This document shows positions 36,107 to 43,402 of a stretch of DNA of 64,000 bases, piece by piece. The position numbers and the translations under genes are program-made. Position 1 is the stretch's first letter. Every line of letters begins with the position of its first letter. Source of the DNA: Pseudomonadota bacterium. Lineage in GTDB: Bacteria; Pseudomonadota; Alphaproteobacteria; MPNO01; UBA2964. The stretch is from NCBI GenBank assembly GCA_036336885.1, contig JAYZFG010000016.1, positions 74,524 through 138,523 on the forward strand, read 5' to 3'. The notes below the pieces were generated by a model, which worked only from the letters and a program-made list of their open reading frames with translations, searched no databases and was not told the DNA's origin.

Positions 36107-36135
36107 AATATTGCTTTAAATATAAAAATGTTTCC

Positions 36136-37008
36136 ATGAATTACTGTCAGGGCCCAGATCCCGAAACTAAATCTCCAAACTTTGTCGTTCCTCCAAAAGC
36201 GTGTGATGCACACTGCCATGTTTTTGGCCCAGCGAAGCGATTTCCCTTTTCTCCAGATCGATCCTATACACCGCCTGATGCATCATTCGAAACTATGCAG
36301 GGATTACAAAAGGCTTTGGGTATAGAGAGAGCGGTCATTGTCCAAGCTACTTGTCATGGTACAGATAACACAGCAGCATTAGACGCGATTGCGCGTTCCA
36401 ATGGTCGGTATCGCGGCGTTGCAATCGTCGATGATAGCTTCAGCAATGAAGATTTTAAAACCCTAAATGAGGGTGGAATAAGAGGAATACGATTTTCTTT
36501 CGCGCGGCACATTGGTAATGCACCAGATTTTACAATGGTGAGAAAGATAACCGACCGTGTCGCGCCATTTGGGTGGCATGTTGTAATTTACATGGAGGCA
36601 CCAGATATTGTCGAGCATGCTGAAACTCTAGCCGAACTACCCCTTCCAGTGGTGATCGACCATATGGGGCGTGTAAAGACCGAGGACGGTATTGATCAAG
36701 AACCGTTCCAGCTTCTTTTAGGTCTACTAAAGGAAAAGAAAGATTTTTGGGTCAAAATATGTGGGGCTGAACGCATATCCACTCATGGGAAGCCTTTTCA
36801 CGATGCGGTCCCTTTCGCTCAGGCGTGTATAGCCGCGGCACCTGATCGCGTTTTGTGGGGGACAGACTGGCCACATCCTAATATTGATGGTTACATGCCT
36901 AATGACGGTGATTTGTTGGATTTGTTAAGTTTACATGCATCCGATGAGAAAATCCGTCGCAGGATCCTAGTTGATAATCCCGCTCGCTTGTATGGTTTCA
37001 GCGACTAA
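36136..37008 (+). CDS. Amidohydrolase_2 family protein (LigI / 2-pyrone-4,6-dicarboxylate lactonase-like)
   Basis: CDAHCHVFGP, VIDHMG, RVLWGTDWPHPN, ILVDNPARLYGF. Confidence 0.8.
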   Translation: MNYCQGPDPETKSPNFVVPPKACDAHCHVFGPAKRFPFSPDRSYTPPDASFETMQGLQKALGIERAVIVQATCHGTDNTAALDAIARSNGRYRGVAIVDDSFSNEDFKTLNEGGIRGIRFSFARHIGNAPDFTMVRKITDRVAPFGWHVVIYMEAPDIVEHAETLAELPLPVVIDHMGRVKTEDGIDQEPFQLLLGLLKEKKDFWVKICGAERISTHGKPFHDAVPFAQACIAAAPDRVLWGTDWPHPNIDGYMPNDGDLLDLLSLHASDEKIRRRILVDNPARLYGFSD

Positions 37009-37074
37009 GCATTCGTCAAACTTATTTGTGGTCCTTGTCTCTTTCCTTGAGACCTTTGGAATTTATATAAATGT

Positions 37075-37662
37075 TTAACCGATTGGAATTTCCATCGATT
37101 TTTTGACCGCTGGCCGTTGCATCATAAGTTTAACCCAACACGTTAAGTTTTGATATTCACCTAGGTCTATAAAGTTGAACCCAAATGCCCCGAATCGTCC
37201 GATGACCATCATGTCGGCGATTGAATATTCAACAGCGAAATACTGGTTATTTTCGAGGTGCCTATCCATTTTTTCGAGAAGGAGACGACATTGCCCTTCG
37301 AGGTCCTGCGCATGATTTAAATTAGAAAAGCTAACGGAAACATTTGTCGCAAGATAATAAAGCCATTGCTTCACCTGCCAACGTGAGTCATGCATACCAA
37401 GAAATTGTCCTGTTTTTTCTGCTATATACTCCAGTATGGCTGCTGACTCCATTATTTGTATCGGTAAACCATTTGGACCGTCAGGGTCGACTAAACAGGG
37501 TACCTTGCCACTCGGACTTATCTTTAAATATTGGGCTTCTTGATTTTTACCGCCATGTGGGTCTATAGGAATTAAATTATATGGAAGCCCGGTTTCTTCC
37601 AAAATTATGATAGGACGACGGCCGTTTGCCGACTTCCAAGCGTATAAGTCAATCATAGCCAT
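37075..37662 (-). CDS. Glutathione S-transferase (Nu/YfcG-like)
   Basis: ISPSGKVPCLVD......IMESAAILEYIAEKTG thioredoxin-like N-domain plus a helical C-domain. Confidence 0.8.
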   Translation of the reverse strand: MAMIDLYAWKSANGRRPIIILEETGLPYNLIPIDPHGGKNQEAQYLKISPSGKVPCLVDPDGPNGLPIQIMESAAILEYIAEKTGQFLGMHDSRWQVKQWLYYLATNVSVSFSNLNHAQDLEGQCRLLLEKMDRHLENNQYFAVEYSIADMMVIGRFGAFGFNFIDLGEYQNLTCWVKLMMQRPAVKKSMEIPIG

Positions 37663-37905
37663 ATCTCTTTCGAATTTAGAGTTGATATTAATTTTCAGTA
37701 TAAAGTGTGTTTCGATATCGCTGATGGTCTCAAATTAATTTAATGCGTGTGATTTTCTTATTATATTCATTCATACAAACCTCGAAAGAAACTTTTAAGA
37801 ATTAAGCCTGGAATAAAATTTCTGATAGGGGCTGTTGCCGGATTGTCTGGCTGCTTATGTGCCAGTACACTAGAAGACCTGTAACTATAATTCCAGGGAA
37901 GACAC

Positions 37906-38814
37906 ATGGCAGATAATCCGAGACTTAATGGTGTAATTGGTGCGCTTGAAGGGGCAAAGCCGGCCTTCACTGCATTTTCAACTCCCGATGTACCTTCAGC
38001 AATTGCCTATAGCACTAATACTGGCTATGACGGTATTGTTTTTGAGATGGAGCATAATCCCTGGGATGGCCCGGTATTGCGTGATTGTTTGCAATATATG
38101 CTGAACCGCTCGCAAATTGCTAATTCAGGTTCACTGGCACCTCCGGTAACGCCAATGGTTCGAGTGCCACCCAATGGAAACGAAATGGCACAGTGGCAAG
38201 CCAAACAGGCACTCGATCTGGGAGTATATGGGGTGGTTTGGCCCCATATCAGTTCTGTTGAAGAGGCTTACAATGCTGTTGCTGCTTGTCGCTATCCTAG
38301 AATGAGTGACACACCGTTATATGAGCCGGCTGGCATTCGGGGTGACGGACCTACAACGGCCACCCGTTATTGGGGTCTCAGTCAGCAAGATTATTATAAA
38401 AGAGCAGATGTATGGCCTTTGGCTCCAGAAGGAGAAATTTTAGTGATTTTAATGATCGAGGACACCAAAGGTATGGCTGCCCTGTCAGATATTTTACAAA
38501 ACGTTCCAGGGGTGGGCGCAGTTCTCATTGGTGAGGGGGACCTGAGCCAAGAGCTGGGCTATCCACGCCAGTATGAGCACCCGATAGTATTGGAGGCTAT
38601 GGGTGAAATCGTTAACACCTGTAAAGAAAATAAAGTGGCGGTAGGACACCCACACGTTAACGCTGGAAATGTTCAGAGAATTTTGGAAGAAGGGTACACT
38701 TTCTTGATGGCAGCTCCAGTTCGTTCGACCCCTGGCTTAGATAAAGGGTTGGAGCTATCTGGGCGTGCTGGTAAGGGTGATGATAAGCAGGCAGAGCCTG
38801 CTCCATCCTATTAA
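37906..38814 (+). CDS. HpcH/HpaI-family class II aldolase
   Basis: PMVRVP, LDLGVYGVVWPHISSVEEA..AV.ACRYP, GIRG, MIED, IGEGDLS. Confidence 0.8.
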   Translation: MADNPRLNGVIGALEGAKPAFTAFSTPDVPSAIAYSTNTGYDGIVFEMEHNPWDGPVLRDCLQYMLNRSQIANSGSLAPPVTPMVRVPPNGNEMAQWQAKQALDLGVYGVVWPHISSVEEAYNAVAACRYPRMSDTPLYEPAGIRGDGPTTATRYWGLSQQDYYKRADVWPLAPEGEILVILMIEDTKGMAALSDILQNVPGVGAVLIGEGDLSQELGYPRQYEHPIVLEAMGEIVNTCKENKVAVGHPHVNAGNVQRILEEGYTFLMAAPVRSTPGLDKGLELSGRAGKGDDKQAEPAPSY

Positions 38815-38882
38815 TGTGACCGATTTAATGTTCGATGATGCTTTAACTGAAATTGTTGATATGTAAGACAGGAGAATAAGTA

Positions 38883-39908
38883 ATGATTATTGATTGCCAC
38901 GGCCATTATACGACAGAGCCCGATGCGCTAACGGATTACCGCAAGAGCCAACTCGCCGGGGTGGACAATGATCCAAACTTTGTTGCGTCGGAGGCAGACT
39001 TTAATTGTAGTGATGATGAAATGCGGGAGCGTTTGGAGCCCGCTCAAATTAAGCTACAACGAGAACGTGGGTCTGATGTAACAATTTTTTCCCCTCGTGC
39101 GGTCGGAATGGGACACCATCTTGGTACTGCGAAGACTAGCGAGTATTGGGCAACTATTTGCAATAATATGGTGCGTAGGGCATGTGACCTGTACCCGGAG
39201 AATTTTGTGCCCGTATGTCAGTTGCCCCAATATCCTGGCGTTGAGCCAAAGAAATGTGTTCCTGAACTAAAGCGTTGCGTCAATGAAATGGGTTTTATTG
39301 GGCTCAATCTTAACCCTGACCCATCAGGAGCGATGTGGACCGACCCGCCAATCACCGACAAGTGGTGGTATCCGATTTACGAGACAATGGTCGAATTAGA
39401 TGTGCCAGCAATGTTACATGTTAGCGGGTCGTGTAATCCTAATTTTCATCACACCGGTTCGCATTACTTATGTGGAGACACCACTGTATTTATGCAGCTG
39501 TTAATGTCGGACCTTTTTAAAGAGTTCCCAACATTAAAATTTATAATTCCACATGGCGGTGGCGCGGTTCCCTATCATTGGGGTCGGTTCCGCGGATTAG
39601 CACAAGACATGGGGCGTCCAACCTTAGATGAGCTGTTACTAAACAACGTGTATTTTGATACCTGTGTCTATCATCAGGCGGGAATAGACTGTCTGCTCGA
39701 AGTGATACCAACGAAAAATATTCTTTTTGCTTCAGAAATGGTTGGAGCTGTTCGCGGGGTTGATCCGGAAACAGGCTTTAACTATGACGATACTAAAAGG
39801 TATATCGATGCTGCAGATATATCGGGTGAGCAAAAGGCCCAAATTTTTTCAGAGAATGCATTTAGTGTTTTTTCAAGATTGGAGCAGGCCATGAGTGGAA
39901 GTAATTAG
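38883..39908 (+). CDS. Amidohydrolase_2 family protein (LigJ 4-oxalomesaconate hydratase / ACMSD-like)
   Basis: MIIDCHGHYT start, HVSG....FHHTGSHY, IIPHGGGAVPYHWGRF, FDTCVY. Confidence 0.7.
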   Translation: MIIDCHGHYTTEPDALTDYRKSQLAGVDNDPNFVASEADFNCSDDEMRERLEPAQIKLQRERGSDVTIFSPRAVGMGHHLGTAKTSEYWATICNNMVRRACDLYPENFVPVCQLPQYPGVEPKKCVPELKRCVNEMGFIGLNLNPDPSGAMWTDPPITDKWWYPIYETMVELDVPAMLHVSGSCNPNFHHTGSHYLCGDTTVFMQLLMSDLFKEFPTLKFIIPHGGGAVPYHWGRFRGLAQDMGRPTLDELLLNNVYFDTCVYHQAGIDCLLEVIPTKNILFASEMVGAVRGVDPETGFNYDDTKRYIDAADISGEQKAQIFSENAFSVFSRLEQAMSGSN

Positions 39909-40009
39909 GAATCATCTGGTTCAACGGCGGGTGCAATTTGGGTTAAATCGTTATTCGTCTGTCTATGTTGAGCACAAATTCCTTAACAAATAAAAATAAA
40001 ATTAAAATT

Positions 40010-40051
40010 TTTTCCACAGGTTTTCCACAGCCAACGCGGCAGTTTTCCACA
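40010..40051 (+). promoter_or_regulatory. Three direct DnaA-box-like repeats TTTTCCACAG(G/C)
   Basis: TTTTCCACA occurs at 40010, 40021 and 40043, a start-to-start spacing of 11 and 22 bp. It fits the relaxed DnaA box TTWTNCACA and lies upstream of nrdA. Confidence 0.55.
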
Positions 40052-40091
40052 GGCTACAAATCAATTCTAATGATTACATCCACCTATTTAT

Positions 40092-40138
40092 GCACAAAAT
40101 ATAGTAGGTATAAGAGTATAAGACACTAATTATTGTTG
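40092..40138. promoter_or_regulatory. Tandem NrdR boxes
   Basis: GCACAAAATATAGTAG (40092) and ACACTAATTATTGTTG (40123), compared with the consensus ACACwAtATaTwGTGT. The 31-bp start-to-start spacing is the known tandem arrangement. Confidence 0.65.
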
Positions 40139-40305
40139 ACGTGATGAGTCGGCTTAGGGCAAACTTGTCTCCGTTCCGTCATGTTGAGGGAAGGAAAGTG
40201 TGACGCCCCGTCTATATTTAGTTAGGCTTCAAATGTTTAGTCGGGCGCCGGGTCGTCGAGTCTTCTAATTTGCTCAAACATAAAACGGGTTCGAGGAGTG
40301 GGTTT

Positions 40306-40330
40306 ATCCCATCGAATCAAAAGATGGGAT
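40306..40330 (+). promoter_or_regulatory. Leader hairpin ATCCCATC-N9-GATGGGAT that covers the candidate ATG at 40324
   Basis: A perfect 8-bp stem read from the sequence. Its role is unknown. Confidence 0.3.
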
Positions 40331-40371
40331 CGGAAGGCGTCGTAGTTTGTAGTGTATGGGGAGGTCTAGGT

Positions 40372-42279
40372 GTGCTTGATATTGTTAACGGAGACGTAAC
40401 ACCTGAAGTCTTTCAGACGGAACGAGGTATTCGGGTCGTAGTTGATAAAAGCCGTGATAAATTACTGACAGAGTTTGGCAAGGAAACACTGTCAGACAGG
40501 TATTTGATGCCGGATGAGGGTTATCAGGATTTATTCGCCCGTGTCGCTGCGCATTACGCAGATGATTCGGAGCATGCGCAGCGTCTCTACGACTATATAA
40601 GTAATCTTTGGTTTATGCCGTCCACTCCGGTTCTTTCAAATGGGGGTACGAAACGTGGCTTGCCGATCTCTTGTTTTCTAAATGAGGCCGACGATAGTCT
40701 CCAAGGTATTGTAGGACTATGGAATGAAAATGTTTGGTTAGCTGCCAAGGGTGGTGGAATTGGTAGTTACTGGGGTAACCTGCGTTCAATAGGCGAAAAG
40801 GTTGGAGCTAATGGAAAGACTTCAGGCATTATTCCTTTTATTCGGGTGATGGATTCACTAACCCTTGCCATTAGCCAAGGTTCCCTAAGGCGAGGCTCTG
40901 CTGCTATCTATTTGCCAATTGATCACCCTGAAATTGAAGAGTTTATAGAGTTGCGTCGTCCTACCGGCGGTGATCCTAATCGTAAGGCACTTAACCTTCA
41001 TCATGGCATTCTCTTAACAGACGAATTTATGCGTTTGGTAGAAGAGGACGGTGAAATGCCGTTACGTAGCCCTAAAGATCGCCACGTCGTTCGTACAGTT
41101 TCCGCTCGCTCTCTCTGGGTTCGTTTGCTGACAGCTCGCGTAGAAACTGGCGAACCTTATTTCATTTACATCGACCACGTTAATAAGGCGATTCCGGAAC
41201 ATCATAAGCTTGCCAATTTACAAGTTAAAATGTCGAATCTTTGTAGTGAAATTACACTTCCAACAGGAATGGATAAGGATGGTCAAGAACGTACGGCCGT
41301 TTGTTGTCTTTGTTCACTTAATTTAGAAACCTGGTCTAACTGGAAAGATAACAAACAATTTGTTCCAGATGTGATGCGATTTCTAGACAATGTTCTTCAA
41401 GATTTTATTGATAATGCACCGGATGAAATGGCTCGGGCACGTTACTCTGCCATGCGTGAGCGCTCCGTCGGCCTTGGGGTCATGGGACTACATTCATTTT
41501 TTCAATCGCAAAATATTCCGCTTGAATCTGTTATGGCGAAGGTATGGAATAAAAAAATCTTCAAATACATCAGAGAACAGGTAGATGTCGCGTCAGTGAA
41601 ATTGGCAAAGGAGCGTGGTGCCTGCCCAGATGCTGCTGATTATGGAATTATGGAACGATTTTCGAGCAAGATGGCAATCGCGCCAACAGCATCAATCTCG
41701 ATAATTTGCGGTGGGTCATCACCAGGGATTGAGCCGATTGCAGCCAATTCTTTTACACACAAGACACTGTCAGGGTCCTTCAGTGTTAAGAACAAATATT
41801 TAAAGGCGTTGCTAGAAGAAAAGGGTAAGGATACCAATGAGGTTTGGTCTTCTATTACAACTCATGAGGGGTCGGTTCAGCATCTCGATTTCCTGACCGA
41901 TGATGAAAAAGACGTATTTAAGACGGCGTTCGAGCTTGATCAACGCTGGATCATAGATCTGGCTGGGGATAGAGCGGAATTCATATGCCAATCTCAATCT
42001 GTAAATGTGTTTTTACCGGCTGATGTAGAAAAGAAAATGTTACACCAGATTCATTGGCAGGCATGGAAGAAAGGCGTAAAAAGTTTGTATTATTGCCGAT
42101 CAAAATCAATTCAACGTGCTGAGGCCGTTTCCCAAAAGCAAGAGGTAAGTGAAATGATGACTGATGGTGCCATGCCCGTACCTTCACCCGACGCTATTCA
42201 TGTGCCCATAGCAGAGGCGGTACCCCAGCAGAATTCAGAAAATGATAACGACTACGAGGAATGTCTCTCCTGTCAATAA
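40372..42279 (+). CDS. nrdA: Ribonucleoside-diphosphate reductase alpha subunit, class I, without an ATP-cone
   Basis: LWFMPSTPVLSNGGT, the NLCSEI active-site Cys region, and a C-terminal redox pair CLSCQ. No N-terminal VxKRDG ATP-cone. Preferred start is GTG 40372 (GGGGAGG Shine-Dalgarno 7 nt upstream); alternatives are ATG 40324 and the ORF-track TTG 40270. Confidence 0.9.
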   Translation: MLDIVNGDVTPEVFQTERGIRVVVDKSRDKLLTEFGKETLSDRYLMPDEGYQDLFARVAAHYADDSEHAQRLYDYISNLWFMPSTPVLSNGGTKRGLPISCFLNEADDSLQGIVGLWNENVWLAAKGGGIGSYWGNLRSIGEKVGANGKTSGIIPFIRVMDSLTLAISQGSLRRGSAAIYLPIDHPEIEEFIELRRPTGGDPNRKALNLHHGILLTDEFMRLVEEDGEMPLRSPKDRHVVRTVSARSLWVRLLTARVETGEPYFIYIDHVNKAIPEHHKLANLQVKMSNLCSEITLPTGMDKDGQERTAVCCLCSLNLETWSNWKDNKQFVPDVMRFLDNVLQDFIDNAPDEMARARYSAMRERSVGLGVMGLHSFFQSQNIPLESVMAKVWNKKIFKYIREQVDVASVKLAKERGACPDAADYGIMERFSSKMAIAPTASISIICGGSSPGIEPIAANSFTHKTLSGSFSVKNKYLKALLEEKGKDTNEVWSSITTHEGSVQHLDFLTDDEKDVFKTAFELDQRWIIDLAGDRAEFICQSQSVNVFLPADVEKKMLHQIHWQAWKKGVKSLYYCRSKSIQRAEAVSQKQEVSEMMTDGAMPVPSPDAIHVPIAEAVPQQNSENDNDYEECLSCQ

Positions 42280-42306
42280 GTACAAATTTCACTAGGAAAG
42301 TTTAAT

Positions 42307-43269
42307 ATGTCGCTGTTGGAAGAAAAAATTGTATACAAGCCATTCCGCTATCCGTGGTGCTATGACGCTTGGTTGACACAACAGCGAGTCCATTGGATCC
42401 CTGAAGAAGTGCCTTTGGCGGACGACGTGAAAGACTGGCATAATAAGTTACAGGCAGAAGAACGGCATACGTTGACACAAATATTCCGTTTTTTTACTCA
42501 AGCGGATATTGAGGTCAATAATTGTTATATGAAGCATTATACTCAAGTCTTTAAACCGACCGAGGTCCAAATGATGTTGGCGGCGTTTTCCAATATCGAG
42601 ACAGTACATATCGCAGCGTATTCTTATCTTCTAGACACGATTGGCATGCCAGAAACCGAGTATGAGGCGTTTCTCCGATATAAGGAGATGAAAGACAAGT
42701 ATGACTATATGCAAGGCTTTAACTGCGAGAGTAAGAAGGATATTGCTATGACCTTGGCAGTATTTGCAGCATTTACCGAAGGTCTGCAGCTCTTCGCATC
42801 ATTTGCAATCCTCCTCAACTTTCCACGCCATAATAAAATGAAAGGTATGGGACAAATCGTTTCCTGGTCGGTACGCGATGAAAGCTTGCACTGTGAATCT
42901 ATGATTAAATTATTTCGGACCTTTGTGTCGGAGAATCCGGAAATTTGGACTGCCGAGTTACAACGGGAAATTTATCTCGCATGTAACACTGTAGTCGACC
43001 ATGAAGATGCCTTTATCAACCTAGCATTTGAACTTGGGCCGGCTGAGGGATTAACTGCAGCAGAAGTAAAAGATTATATTCGCTTTATAGCTGACCGCCG
43101 TCTTTCACAACTCGGTTTGCAACCTATATTCCGTATTGAAAAGAATCCTTTGCCTTGGCTAGATGAAATCCTGAATGGCGTTGAGCATGCAAATTTCTTT
43201 GAAAATCGTGCGACCGAGTATTCTAAGGCAGCAACGCTAGGAAGTTGGGACGAGGTTTGGGACAGCTAA
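42307..43269 (+). CDS. nrdB: Ribonucleoside-diphosphate reductase beta subunit
   Basis: Diiron/tyrosyl motifs FFTQADIEV, ETVHIAAYSYLL (Tyr present at the radical position), EGLQLFASF, RDESLH. Confidence 0.95.
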   Translation: MSLLEEKIVYKPFRYPWCYDAWLTQQRVHWIPEEVPLADDVKDWHNKLQAEERHTLTQIFRFFTQADIEVNNCYMKHYTQVFKPTEVQMMLAAFSNIETVHIAAYSYLLDTIGMPETEYEAFLRYKEMKDKYDYMQGFNCESKKDIAMTLAVFAAFTEGLQLFASFAILLNFPRHNKMKGMGQIVSWSVRDESLHCESMIKLFRTFVSENPEIWTAELQREIYLACNTVVDHEDAFINLAFELGPAEGLTAAEVKDYIRFIADRRLSQLGLQPIFRIEKNPLPWLDEILNGVEHANFFENRATEYSKAATLGSWDEVWDS

Positions 43270-43314
43270 TTGCTTAGAGTAGTTTTCTAGAGTAGGCACC
43301 GGAGCAATTAGTAG

Positions 43315-43350
43315 GGCCGCCGCCCTTTGGGGCGGCGGCCTTTTTAATTT
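43315..43350 (+). terminator. Rho-independent terminator after nrdB
   Basis: GGCCGCCGCCC tttg GGGCGGCGGCC TTTTTAATTTT: an 11-bp perfect GC stem plus a T-tract. Confidence 0.9.
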
Positions 43351-43402
43351 TGTTATAACTCCAGAGAAAAAAGTTGCTTTCCCACCTAACATTTTTCATT
43401 AG

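Noticed and set aside
39983-40005. A CtrA-type TTAA-N7-TTAA box and GANTC (CcrM) site enrichment in the nrd upstream region.
   Set aside because: The TTAA motifs present are spaced by about 15 nt, not 7. Four GANTC sites in about 400 bp is only a mild excess over my rough expectation, which is not enough to claim.
40141-40262. Cobalamin riboswitch in the nrdA leader. AGGGAAGGAAAGTGTGACGCCCCG faintly resembles the AGGGAA..GTG..GCCCCCGC core, and AGTCGGGCGCCGGG faintly resembles a B12 box.
   Set aside because: The GCCACTG element and convincing P-stem pairings are missing, and I could not fold a consistent structure by hand. I leave it as something to test with Infernal (RF00174), not as a call.
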